A stretch of 52,196 bases of DNA from Chiloscyllium plagiosum (lineage: Eukaryota). The notes beneath the pieces are model-generated. The model did no database searches. It was given only the letters and a program-made list of their open reading frames with translations, and was not told the DNA's origin. Every line of letters starts with the position of its first letter. Position 1 is the stretch's first letter. The translations under genes and the position numbers were made by a program. Location: NCBI RefSeq assembly GCF_004010195.1, contig NC_057719.1, forward strand, positions 8,638,191-8,690,386, written 5' to 3'. Shown here in pieces: positions 1 through 12,771 of the stretch.

Positions 1-945
1 ATTTATCCTATCCATGCACCTCATAATTTTGTAAACCTCTATAAGATTACCCCTCAGCCTTCGACGCTCCAGGGAAAACAGCCCCAGCTTGTTCAGCCTC
101 TCCCTATAGCTCAAATCCTCCAACCCTGGCAACATCTTTGTAAATCTTTTCTGAACCCTTTCAAGTTTCACAACATCTTTCCGATAGGAAGGAGACCAGA
201 ATTGCACGCAATATTCCAACAGTGGCCTAACCAATGTCCTCTACAGCCGCAACATGACATCCCAACTCCTGTACTCAATACTCTGATGAAGCTGTGTACA
301 GCAGCCGCTCTAGCCCAGACACAGAATTGAGCTCAATTTTGATGCCATGCTTCAGGAAGGAAAGGGAAACGTTTGAGAGAAGTCACAGAAAAGATTTACC
401 CCGGATGGTTCCAGGCCTGAGGGACTTGCATTAAAGACCGGAGAATAGTACAGCACAGGAACAGGCCCTTCGGCCCACCATGTCTGTACCAACCATGATA
501 CCATTCTAAACTAATCCCATTTGCCTGCACATGCTCCATATCCCTCTATTCTCTGCCTGGTCACATGTTTAAACGCCTCTCAGAAGTCAATATCATATCA
601 GCCTCTACCATCTCCCCTGGCAACATGTTCCAGGAACCTATTCACTTCTGAGCAAAATACTTTCCTCGCACATCTTCTTTAAACATTCCCACTCTCACCT
701 TAAATCTGTGCCCCCTCATATTTGACATTTCCACCTTGACTTCTCGCAGGTCACCCCTCAGCCTCCTCCACTGTAGCAAAAACAATCCAAGTTTGTCCAA
801 TCTCTCCTTACAGCTAACACACTCTAAACCAGGCAGTGTCATGGTAAAAATCATTTGCACCCTCTCCAAAGCCTCCACATCCTTCCTCGAGTGCAGTAAC
901 CAGAACTGCTCACAATACTCCAATTGAGGCCTGACGAAGATTTGA
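1..945 (-). mobile_element. Degraded CR1 LINE 3' fragments (at least two)
   Basis: Minus-strand RT C-terminal remnants: VRPQLEYC..FW, LERVQ, ERLDKLGLF..RRLRGDL, RGHRFKV (ORF 642-965). Confidence 0.85.
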
Positions 946-1399
946 TGTGGACAGGTTGGAGACACTGGGGCTTTTTTTCTTGAAATGAGGGAGGTTGTGA
1001 GGAGAATCGACGGAGATGTTCAAAACCCTGAGGGACCTGGACAGAGTAAAGAAAGAAACAGCTCGCTTTGTTGGAAGAGTTGGAACCAGACCAGTCAAAT
1101 ATGAAGTGATTGGCAAAAGAATCAAAAGTGACATGAGGAAATGTTCGTTTCTGCAGCGAGTGGTTAGAATCTGGACTCAGCCGCATCTGGGAGTGTAGTG
1201 GAGAAAGATTCAATTGTGACTGTGAACAGGAAAATCAATACACACCTCCAGGGGAAGGCTTTGCAGGGCTATGTGGAAAGCAAGGGACAGACAGACTGTC
1301 TGAATTGTTCTTGTGGAGAGCTGGCGCAAACTTGACGAGCTGAATGGCCTCCTACCCATTCTGTAACACTGAGACATGGCCTCAGGACATACCAGAGTG

Positions 1400-2400
1400 C
1401 TACACACACGCACACACACAAACACAAACACACACACACACATACACTCTCACACACACACATTCACTGACACACACCAACCGCACACGCACTGCAGCTT
1501 ACAGGCACCTTGTTTACATGGGAGCCTGAGGAATGGGGAGCGAAACTTGTCGCCAGTTTTTGATTGTTCTCGTTCGAAGTTCCTGTGCAAACATACTCGC
1601 CCGCTTTCTCACACACGCACGCGCACACACACTCTCATATACACGCACACACTCACTCTCTCACATACACACTCACATACACACACACACTCATACACGC
1701 ACACACTCACTCTCTCACATACACACTCACATACACACACACACTCATACACACACACACTCACTCTCTCATATACACGCACTCATACACACACACACTC
1801 ACTCTCTCATATACACGCACTCATTCACACACACACTCACTCTCACATATACACTCACATATACATACACACTCACATATACACACTCTGACATCACAAA
1901 CACGCACTCACATACACATAGACACACACACACTCACTTACATACATACAGACACACTCACTCATGCACACAAACTCCGTTTCACACAAACTGACACGTA
2001 CACAAACTTACATGCATAAACGTACACACACATGCACACTTAGTCTCTCTCACACACACCCATGCACACACACATGTGCACACATACACACACATATACA
2101 GACTCACATATGCAGACAAAGACACAGCGACACACAGATACACACACATACAAGGACATGCACTGTGACACAGGAAAAGGTTTGTGTACACATAGGGACA
2201 TGCACAAAGACACACTCGGGGACACTCACAGAGACATGCACACAGCGAGACCAGAACAGAAACATGTACAGGGACACACAGGGCACGCACATGTATGGGC
2301 CACGCATGTACAAGGATCTGTGTACTTAGGGTCATGCATGTACAGGGACAAGTGCACAGCCAGTGACACTGCACAGAAAGGCACATCCGCACAGACCGAT
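1400..2400. repeat. Long degenerate (CA)n-derived low-complexity tract
   Basis: CACA/CTCA/CATA iterations with ~50-bp higher-order units around 1625-1890; source of the His/Thr-rich ORFs. Confidence 0.95.
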
Positions 2401-2609
2401 GCCATGAACATGGTAATGTGGGTTTCAGCCCGTGCCTCAAGTTGATTTGGAGTCTGTCAGCCTTTTGTGTTCGGAGTGAAGGAGATGAGACAATGAAGGT
2501 AACCCCAAAAGGAGCTGCAGTGCACTCACACTGCTCAGAGTTTGGAGGAGCCGGTGTTGGATTGGGGTGGACGAAGTTAAACACCACACCAGGGTGGAAT
2601 ATAACTTTG

Positions 2610-2738
2610 CAAAAGTGAGGACTGCAGATTAGAGCCAAGAGAGTGGTGCTGGAAAAGCACAGCAGGTCAGGCTGCATCCGAGGAGCAGGAGAATCGACGT
2701 TTCGGGAAAAAAGCCCTACATCAGGAATCAGGAATTTG
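2610..2738 (-). mobile_element. Short Penelope-like element (family A), nested in a family-B remnant
   Basis: Family-A consensus aaagtgaggactgcagat...gctggaaaagcacagcaggtcagg...gaatcgacgtttcggg; flanked by taactttg at 2602-2609 and 2739-2746. Confidence 0.7.
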
Positions 2739-5004
2739 TAACTTTGTCCACTCCTCAGGAACCTCGTTGTTTTAAGGTATTGGGCGAAAGGTAAACTGAA
2801 ATGTCATGTGCTTTTCCCTTGTCAGTGATGAGGCAACCTTCAGTCTGAACTGCCTTTGGTGTGGACAGAGACTAAGACACAAGTGTGCACCGATCCGAGT
2901 TGACTGAGGAGTGTGAGAGAGTGTCCTGAAACGCACCAACAAAAGCAAAAGGAGTTCTGGGATTTACACATTAATGCATCAAAACCTGCAACTCCATTCT
3001 AAGCGATTAAAGACTTAACAGCTGTGGGAAAAGATCTGCCACCCTGCCTACCCACAGAATGGCCACACAGAGATCTAGGTTTGTCCAATGCATTGCATCA
3101 TTTGTAAGACAATTTGATCTTTTGCTATAAATTCTGTGTCCTGCGACAGGAAAAGCCAGTTGCAATGAAGACTTTTTTGCAGCGCATGCAACAATTCTTG
3201 GAGAAAGAGTTGTCAGAGGCAGGCGAAAAACCCACCGTTTCCGCACTGGAGCACCGACACTCTGTCAGATTGTTTCTGTTGTCAAAGGAGAAAAGGAAAG
3301 ACACAGCGGTATCAGAAATCCGAGCGTCAGCCAGAGCACTTCGGAACCTCCAAAAGCAACAGCCTGCCTGCTGAGAGTTATTGCTTTAATATTGCGAGGG
3401 AAGTGGCTTGAATTACTGAATGTCTTTCTGCAACGATTGCAGTCATGCTGGGAATGTTTGTCAAATCCCCTGACATTTATTGTCCCGCAGTAAAAGAGTG
3501 TTTATGACACGGTTATAATAACACAACTCCACGACGTGGAAACTGTTCAAGGAAGGATACCACCCAACGTCGACCTTCCCAAGAGGGAACCGCAGGAAAC
3601 TCAAAGAAAACATGAGAGTCATCAAGATCAACTGCATGGGAAAAGGCCCCTCAGTCCATTGAGCCTACCCCTGTTAGCAACAGCTCATTCTAATCCCATC
3701 TCCCAGCACTTAGAGTCACCGAGTCAGTCAGTCCAGCAGGTCTATGCCCACAATCCTAAACCAAACTAGTTCCACCAGCCTACACTTGGCCCATATCCCT
3801 CCAAACATTTCTTATTTGTCTACTTATCCAAAAGTCTTTTAAACATTGTGTCTGCGCCCGCATCCATGGGAACACCTTCAAGTTCCCCTCCGAAAATTAA
3901 TTTTTAAAAAACTACTCCTGGAAGTTCCTTCCACACATGAACCACTTTCAGTGCAAAAAAAAAGCCCCTCATGTCCTTTTCAAATCTTTCTCTTCTCACC
4001 TTAAAAATATACCCCCTCCTTTTGAAATACCCCACATCAAGGAAAAGACACTTTATCTATGCCCCTCATGGTTTTATAAATCTCCAATGCTCCAGTGAAA
4101 AAAGTCCCAGCTTCTCCTTATAACTCAAACTCTCCATTCCCGGCAACATCCTGGTAAATCTCCACTAAATGCTCTCCAGCTTAATAATATCCATAATAGT
4201 AGCAATAATATGGAAATATCAGTTTTTACCTCCGGAATGTGACTTGAAAGGAGTTCTGGGATTTACATATTAATGGATCGAAACCTGCAACTCCATTCTA
4301 AGCGATTAAAGACTTAACGGCTGTGGGAAAAGATCTGCCACCCTGCCTACCCACAGCATGGCCACACAGAGATCTAGGTTTGTCCAATACATTGCATCAT
4401 TTGTAAGACAATTTGATCTTTTACTATAAATTCTGTGTCCTGCGATCCTGCTCCACGAACTACCTGATGAAGGAGCAGTGCTCCAAAAGCTTGTGCTTCC
4501 AAATAAACCTATTGAACTATAACCTGGTGCTGTGTGATTTTAAACTTTGCCGACCTCAGTCCAACACTGACATCTCCCCATCGTGGAAATAGATCGCCAT
4601 TCCTTCACTGTGGCTGGGTCAAAATTCAGGTACTCCCTGCCTAAGGGCAATAAATGCTGACCCAGCCAGCGACGAGCACATCCCTAAAATTAATTTTTAA
4701 AAAACCATTCCTGGAAGTTCCTTCCACACATGAACCACTCTCATTTAAAAAGAAAGCCCCTCATGTCCTTTTCAAATCTTTCTCTTCTCACCTTAAAAAT
4801 ATACCCCCTCCTTTTGAAATACCCCACATCAAGGAAAAGACACTTTATCTATGCCCCTCATGGTTTTATAAATCTCCAATGCTCCAGTGAAAAAAGTCCC
4901 AGCTTCTCCTTATAACTCAAACTTTCCATTCCCGGCAACATCCTGGTAAATCTCCTCTAAATGCTCTCCAGCTTAATAATATCCATAATAGTAGCAATAA
5001 TATG

Positions 5005-5311
5005 GGGTGGCACGGTGGCTCAGTGGTTAGCACTGCTGCCTCACAGCACCAGGGTCTCAGCCTCGGGCAACTGTCTGTGTGAAGTTTGCACATTCTCCCC
5101 GTGTCTGTGTGGGCTTCCTCCAGGTGCTCCAGTTTCCTCCTACATTCCAGAGATGTGCAGGTCAGGTGAATTGGCCATGCTAAATTGCCTGTATTGATAG
5201 GTGCATTAGTCAGAGGGAAATGGGCCTGGGTGGGTTACTCTTCAGAGGGTCGGTGTGGACTTGTTGGGCCGAAGGGCCTGTTTCCACACTGTAGGGAATC
5301 TAATCTAATAA
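5005..5311 (+). mobile_element. HE1/V-SINE
   Basis: tRNA-like head ggtggcacggtggctcagtggttagcactgctgcctcacagc, V-domain ggccatgctaaattgcc, tail gggccgaagggcctgtttccacactgt and (tctaa)n. Confidence 0.9.
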
Positions 5312-5653
5312 GGCCTTGTAGTTTTGTGTGCCTTGGGCACACCTGAACACGTCTTCAATGTTATGAGGGTTTCTGCTCTCCCACCATTATAGGCAGTGAG
5401 ATTGTAAGATTTCCGAGCCCAGAACAGACAGGTTTGTAGGTATTAGCAAGAACTGAAGAGTCGTTCTTTACCCTGTAGAGAGGGTCTGTCAGACATCGTT
5501 AAACGTATGGTGGATAAGCAGATACCACTTTGTGGGGTAAATCAAAGCCAGGGTTTATTGACATGAGGTGGTCACCAATAAATCCAAAATAGAAAGGAAT
5601 GCCTTTACCAAGAGGTCAGTTAAAGTATGGAACTCACGGCAACAACAAGTTAT

Positions 5654-6157
5654 AGAGTCATAGAAATAGATGGCATGGAAACAGACCCTTCAGTCCAACT
5701 CGTCCATGTTGACTAGATATTCTAAATTAATCTAGTCCCATTTGCCAGCTTTTGGCCCGTATCCTTCTAAACCCTTCCTTGTCATATAGCCATCCAGATG
5801 CCTTTTACATGTTGCAATTGTACCAGCCTCCACCACTTCCTCTGGCAGCTCATTCAATACATGCACCACCCTCTGTGTGAAAACGTTGCCCCTCTGGTCC
5901 CTTTTAAATCTTTCCTGTCTCACCTTAAACCTATGCCCTGTAGTTTTAGACTCCCCTACCCCTTGTCTATTGACCCTATCCATGCTCTTCAAGGTTTTAT
6001 AAATCTCTATAAGGTCACCCCTTAACCTCCGATGCTCCAGGGAAAACAGCCCCAGCCTAGTCAGCCTCTCCCTATAGCTTAAACCCTCCAATCCTGGCAA
6101 CACCTTTGTAAATCTTTTCTGAGCCCTTTTAAGTTTCACATCATCCTTCCGATAGCA
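5654..6157 (-). mobile_element. CR1 LINE 3' fragment
   Basis: ORF 5732-6139 (LSYRERLTRLGLFSLEHRRLRGDLIEIYK..GHRFKV..FTQRVVHVLNELPEEVVEAGT) plus (actctatg)-type tail. Confidence 0.92.
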
Positions 6158-6791
6158 AGCGTTGGAACTCCAGGCAGTCCCCAGGTTACAGACGGCTTCT
6201 GTCCTTGAGTATGTTCATGAGTCAATTTGAATGTGAAAACAATGTCAATGTGCATGGGATCTGCTTCATAAGTACCAGTGTTTGTAAGCTGGACGTTCAT
6301 AAATTGGGGACAAACCTGCAAGTGCTGGGTGAGAGGCTGCCAGAGAAACGGAGACTCGGTCAGAACATGAATGAGGAAGGAATAGAGAGGACACAATCAG
6401 TGTGACACAGCAAACTTCCAGCTCTATTGGTCTTCATTTAAGGTTTGTGTGGGACAATCTGTAATTTGGCATGGAGTTGGCTGGGAATGTTTTGGAGACT
6501 GAGCAGGTTAAAGAACAAAGTACAGTACAGCACAGGAACAGCTCCTTCGGCCCACATCAACACGTGATTCCTTTCAAAATTAGAAACATTTTACCTTGTT
6601 GCAGTCCATATTCCTCTACTTCGTGCCTACTCATGTATCTGTAAAAATCCCTCAAAAACATTGCTACTGTATCCGCCCCCACCAACCCCTCTGTCAGAGC
6701 ATTTAAGGCACTAAGGATCATACAGCACAGAAACAGACCCTTCGGTCCAACCACTCCATGCCGACCCTAATCCCGAACTAAACTAGTCAAC

Positions 6792-6826
6792 CACCTGATG
6801 AAGGAGCACCGCTCCGAAAGCTAGTG
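6792..6826 (+). ncRNA. Minimal type I hammerhead ribozyme motif in a Penelope-like family-B fragment (6788-6914)
   Basis: CAC-CUGAUGA-A-GGAGC-ACC-GCUCC-GAAA-GC-UA-GUG: intact core boxes, 5-bp stem II, 3-bp stem I (CAC/GUG), palindromic AGCU in place of stem III. Confidence 0.7.
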
Positions 6827-7961
6827 CTTCCAATTAAACCTGTTGGACTATAACCTGGTGTTGTGTGATTTTTAACTTTGTACACCCCAGTCCAACACCA
6901 GCATCTCCAAATCATAAATTAGTCCCACCTGCCTGCGCTCAGCCCATATCCCTCCATGCATTTCCTATTCATGTATTAATCTAAATGTCATTTAAACATT
7001 GTAACTGTATCCTCTGGAAGTTCACTCTACACATGAACCACTCTCTATGTAAAAAATGTTGTCCCTCATATCAGTTTTAAATCTTCCTCCTCTCACCTTA
7101 AAAATATGCCCTCAGTCATGAAATTCCCCCATCCTCGGAACGAGACAGTCGCCATTCACCTTATTCCATGTCCCTCATGATTTTGTATATCTCTATAACC
7201 TCACTCTTCACGAACCGCCCTCTCACATCTCCTTTAAATTTCCCTTTTACCCTTAACCCCTGCCACCCCCCCTCCCCCCCCCTCCCCACAATTGACATTT
7301 TTACCCTGGGAAGAAGACTCTGACTATCCAGTCTATCCACGTCTTTCATAATTTTGTAAACTTCTATCAGGTTATTCCTCATCCTTCAACATGCAGCTGT
7401 AAACAAACCAGGTTTGTCCGATCTCTCTTCATAACTAATACTCTCCCAACCAGACAACATCCTGATAAATCTTGGAGATCACAGTGGGTCAGACAGCATC
7501 CATGGAGAGACAGTAAACTAACACTTCGAGTTGAGATGACTCTTCATTAGAGCTGAAGTGAAGTGAGGCGGGGACAGCATTTATGCGATAATTTGTTGGG
7601 GGGTTGGGGGATGGGGTGTAGTGGGTATAGGGTGCCAGTGCAGAAAAGATGCTGCCAGCTCAGATTAAATGGTGGGAATGTGAAACTGGCAGAACACTGG
7701 TGTGTCTCCTGTCAGACTCGAAAGGACAGACAGTCCCCACTGGGGGAGGGGAGAGAGGACATGATAACAGAATGTAACAGGCTATAAGTAGGGCAGGAAA
7801 TGGGTGTTAGTTCACAATCTGAAGGTGTTGAACTCAATATTAAGTCCAGAAGGCCGTAAAAGCACCTAGTCTGAAGATAAGATGCTGTCCCTCCAGTTCA
7901 CAACACAAACCCCACTCACCCACTACCACCATGCCTCTCCCCAAAACGATAATATAAATGC

Positions 7962-8130
7962 CAGGAGAAAGTGAGGACTGCAGATGCTGGAGATCAGAGT
8001 TGAGAGTGTGGTGCTGGAGAATCGACATTTCGGGCATAAGCCCTTGATGAAGGGCTAACGCCCGAAATGTAGATTCTCCTGCTCCTCAAACGCTGACCTG
8101 CTGTGCTTTTCCAGCACCACACTCTTGACT
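7962..8130. mobile_element. Fold-back Penelope-like family-A element with 13-bp flanking direct repeat
   Basis: ataatataaatgc at 7949-7961 and 8131-8143; the interior has two inverted partial arms. Confidence 0.75.
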
Positions 8131-9189
8131 ATAATATAAATGCTGTTCCCTCTCCACTTCAACAGCTCAGATGAAGAGTCATCTAGACTCAAAACATCAG
8201 CTTGCTCTCTCTCCACTGATGCTTCCATGACTTGCTGTGATTTCTAGCATTTGTTGTTTTCAGTACAGATTCCAGCATCTGCAGTAATTTGCATCTACGT
8301 CCTGATAAGTCTGTTCAGTACTATATCCACATCCTTCTGGTAGTGTGGTGAACAGAACTGTGCACAAAATTCCAAATGCTACATATCTTTGTTACGCAAT
8401 CTAACTTTCATTTGAATTTCTTGTTATCTGACTGTAATGTTAATACTTTGATTATGTCTTATTTCTGACATTTTTTAGACATTGTAAAGTAATGCAACTA
8501 CTTTTTTTCATTCCTGTTTTTAAAACTAATATTTGTACCTAAGATGGTGCCATAAGAGGCAACATTGTAAAGGTTTTCAATGTACTCCTGTACTTGAGTT
8601 GAATTGAAATGAATTTACTGTCACGTGTACCGAGACACAGTGAAAAGCTTTGTCTTGTGAGCAATACAGGCAGATCGCAGAGTTAAGCAGCATAGATAGT
8701 AAATAATAGGTAAACAGCAGCAAAAACAAAAATACAGGTACAGGCGAATGCTAAGAGTTTGTGAATACATTCAGTATTCTGTACATGTGACAATAAAGGA
8801 TATTCTATTCTAGCTAATATCTGTCTAAGTTTGCTGTGCACCGAGTCCCACTTGAACTCCTGGACCTCCTATTTGACAAGCTTGGTCGAATTTACCTCCA
8901 GTGCACACGTGTGCACCTAACTTTTGCCTTCGCTGAGTTGAATTTCCCCGATTTTCAGGAAATGGACCTACATGCAAGTATTCCAAGACAGCAGATGGAA
9001 TCCTTCCACCTCTCTGTGCCCTTGAGTAGGTTTCAGAACACTAATTCTCCATGCTTCACTGTGATCTGTAAAAACACAGGCTTGATCATAGTACAGGGCG
9101 TTGATGTATCTTTTCCCATTTTACAGTGCAGAATGCCTGATCAAAGAGCATCATTTTATGGTAAATTTGATACTGCTAATGCAATTACA

Positions 9190-9650
9190 GTCACAGAAAC
9201 ATAGAGATGTACAGCACAGAAACAGACCCTTCGGTCCAACTCGTCCATGCTCAACAGATATTCTAAATTTATCTAATCCCATTTGCCATACCCCTCTAAA
9301 CTCTTCCTATTCATACACCCATCCAGATGCTTTTTCAATGTTATAATTGTACAAGCCTCCACTACTTCCTCTGGCAGTTCATTCCATACATGTACCAGCC
9401 TCTGCATGACAAAGTTACCTCTTAGGGCCCTTTTAAATCTTGCCCCTCTCACCCTAAACCTATGCCCTCTAGTTTTGGACCCTTCCACCCAAGGGAAGAT
9501 ACCTTGTCTATTTAGCCTATCCATGTCCCTTATGATTTTATAAACTTCTATGAGGTCGCCCCTTAGCATCTGACACTCCAGGGAAAACAGCCCCAGCCTA
9601 TTCAGCCTCTCCCTGTAGCTCAAATTCTCCAACCCTGGCAACATTCTGTT
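9190..9650 (-). mobile_element. CR1 LINE 3' fragment
   Basis: ORF 9273-9644: LPGLENLSYRERLNRLGLFSLE..LRGDLIEVYKII..KTRGHRF..WNELPEEVVEA. Confidence 0.92.
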
Positions 9651-10323
9651 GAATTCACATCCATTTACTGACCTGCCTGGAAAACCAACATTTATCCCTC
9701 CTCAAAAGAAAACTCTGCACAATCCTACAAATGAAAGAAAGAACTTTTCATGATGACTCCAAGTGTTTTTGTAGTCAGTGTGAAGTGCTGGCGTGGTGGC
9801 TGCAGGAAATTCAGGAACACATCAGAACACAGTAAGATCCAACCAACAGCAATGGGCGGCTCATCAGTTTTGTTCCACGCGTGATGGAAACTGGCAGAGT
9901 GATTGGATTTAAGATCCTGACGTCTGCATGACCTTGACCACAAATTCCCCTCAGGAGTCTGGAAAATTGGGGACCTCCTTCACCAATCAAGTATTGCAAC
10001 TTCCCAAATCTCAAAGGAGTGTCATTTCCACTCATTTTTAATTTGATTAATTCAAGGGATGTGGGCGCTGCTGGCTTGTTTGGCACTTATTGCCCATCCC
10101 TAGATACTTAGAGGGCAGTTAAGAGTCAACCCCATTGCCATGCATCAGACCGGGCAAGGATGGCACATTTCCATCTCCAAAAGGCATTAGTGAACCAGAC
10201 GGTTTTTTTTTCTCTGACATTTGACAAAGATTACATGGTCATCATTAGAGTCAGAATTCCATCATCTACCCTGATGGGATTTGAACTCAGATGCTCAAAT
10301 CATAAACTGTGTCTCTGGATTAA

Positions 10324-10538
10324 GAGGAGAAAGTGAGGTCTGCAGATGCTGGAGATTAGACTCGAGAGTGTGGTGCTGGAAAAGCACAGCAGGTAGGGCA
10401 GCATCCGAGGAGCTCGAGAAACAACGTTTCGGGCCAGAGCCCTTCATCCTCATTGCTGATGAAGGGCCCTGGCCCGAAACGTTGATTCTCCTGCTCCTTG
10501 GATGTTGCCTGCCCTGCTGTGCTTTTCCAGCACCACAC
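10324..10538. mobile_element. Fold-back Penelope-like family-A element with 12-bp flanking direct repeat
   Basis: tctctggattaa at 10312-10323 and 10539-10550; inverted arms; hammerhead-like core CUGAUGA-A-GGGC-CCUG-GCCC-GAAA at 10456-10479. Confidence 0.8.
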
Positions 10539-12203
10539 TCTCTGGATTAATAGTCTAGCAACACTATCAGTAGACCTTCTTCAAACTGCATCATGAGGTG
10601 CAAGTTACTGAGCTGGCAAATCTGTCTGCGATAAGTTAACTGCTCAGACACTGTCAGCTTCAGTTAATGCAAAATTATATTGAATTTATAAAAACATGTC
10701 ATTTACCAAATTGGTCTATGTTGGTGTTTATGCATCTCCCACCAAACTCCATGCACCCAATTAGCATCGTCTTCTCCCTTCTGTGTTACGGGAGACAATG
10801 GAGTTGAGGATGATTGGATTAGCCATAATCTCACAGCAGAGTCGATGGCTGAAATGGCCCACTTGGGCTCTAATGTCTTATAGTCTTGTATGTTTTCTAC
10901 ACTTTCAATTCGTCTCTGTTATTTGTTCTAATTGCTCTATATGAGAGCAAGCTCCATGTCCTTACTCCTCTCTGGAAACAGATTTGCCCCAAATTCCCTC
11001 TTGAATGTATGTGTGACAAACGTTTCTTTGTGATCTTTTCGGTTTGGTCTCTTCCACGAGTGAAAACAACACTTTGACAATTACCATGTCAAACTTCATC
11101 ATTGCATAATTGGAAAGACCTTCATCAAGGCTTGTCTTCTTGTTTCTGGAGAAAGGGGTCTCAGAAATGCTCATCCTTTCATGGAAGCAATAATCTCTCA
11201 GCCCTAATACCATCCTTTCCCACTGCTTTGACAAACGGAGTCACACCTTTGCCCTTTGTTATACTCCAGTTTCTCATTTGTCACTCGTTTTGTATTCGTT
11301 CCCTCCTTACCTTGCTGTCACTCAACACAATCAGAATCAACTGAGGCAATCAAGAGGCCACTGGATGACTATTTGGATAAAATGGCGCTCAGGAATATGG
11401 GGTAAAGGCAGGAGTTGGTTACCAGGTGTTGGATACAAGTCTATCAGGGGGAGGGGGGGGGGGGGCTGAATGGCCTGCTTCTACACTGTGGCAAAAGTGA
11501 GGACTGCAGATGCTGGAGATCAGAGTCTAGATTAGAGTGGTGCTGGAAAAGCACATCAGGTCAGGTCGCGTCCGAGGAGCAGGAAAATCCTGCTTCAACG
11601 CTGTAACAGTTCAGTGATTCTGTAAGAATCCCGATGTCTCACAGCAGATATGGAGGCCAGTCAGCCCAACCTTCCTGTGTCGACTTTCTGGTACAGCTAT
11701 CAACCCATCCCCACTCCCTCCTGCTCTTTCCCTGTTACCCTCCAAATGTTTTCAGCAACTGGGAGAAAGTGAGGTCTGCAGATTCTGGAGAATCAGATTT
11801 GAAACGTGTGGCAACATCCGAGGAGCAGGAGAATCGACGTTTCAGGCATAAGCCCTTCCTGATGTCATTTGAGCAAGAAATATTGACTGAGACTTTGATG
11901 CATTTTTTTCTCTACTTTCTTTAAGTTTGTCTCGAGTTTTGCTCTTTTCTTCAGTGCCACACTTTTCAACCCTCCAAAAGTTTCCCTTTCTAATTTTTAT
12001 TGAACTTCCTTTCAAACTTTACCATTGAATCTGCTTCTCCCCTCCATCTCCCTTTTCTGTCAATGTATTGTTAGCCATAAAAACACAAAAATAATTCGGA
12101 AACTAAAACAAAAATTGCTGGAGAAGTTCAGCAGGTCTGGCCGCATCTGTGGAGACAAATCAGAGTTAGTATTTTGGGTTGAGTAGGTTCTGAGGAAGGG
12201 TCA

Positions 12204-12435
12204 AGATTAGAGTGATGCTGGAAAAGCACATCAGGTCAGGCAGCATCTGAGGAGCAGGAAAATCGACGTTTCAGGCAGGAGCCCTTCATCAGGAATGAGC
12301 TCATTCCTGATGAAGGAATTTGGCCTGAAACGTCGATTTTCCTGCACTTCGGATGCTGCCTGACCTGATGTGCTTTTCCAGCACCACTCTAATCTTGACT
12401 CTGATCTCCAGCATCTGCAGTCCTCACTTTCGCCC
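12204..12435. mobile_element. Fold-back Penelope-like family-A element nested in a second fold-back element (approx. 12105-12540)
   Basis: 15-bp direct repeat tctgaggaagggtca at 12189-12203 and 12436-12450; perfect 34-bp central palindrome at 12283-12316. Confidence 0.8.
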
Positions 12436-12771
12436 TCTGAGGAAGGGTCACTCAACCCACTCAACTCGTTAACACTGATTTCTCTCCACAGATGCTGCCA
12501 GACCTGCTGAGCTTTTCCAGCAATTTCTGTTTTTGTTTCTCATTTACAATGTCTTAAGTTCTTTCGATTTTTACAAAAACATTTCTGCTCATTTGCTCTT
12601 TTTCTTTTGCAAATTACCTTAGATCTGTGTCAATTGATTACACCTACTTGTACTGGTCAAACGAGACGCCCCCTTCCTCTTCCATTGAAACCCTCTGTAA
12701 TTACAAGCCCTCAACACTTGGAATAGGTTTTCTCCAATCTTTCTCTGCTTTGTGAAATATAACATTCAATA

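Noticed and set aside
1376..2445. Long His/Thr-rich and Cys/Val-rich ORFs (up to 231 aa)
   Set aside because: They arise from the stop-poor (CA)n tract and have no protein features.
8896..9065. Splice-signal-flanked minus-strand segment and overlapping plus-strand ORF 8836-9204
   Set aside because: Early TGA in the phase-0 frame and no recognisable homology in either direction.
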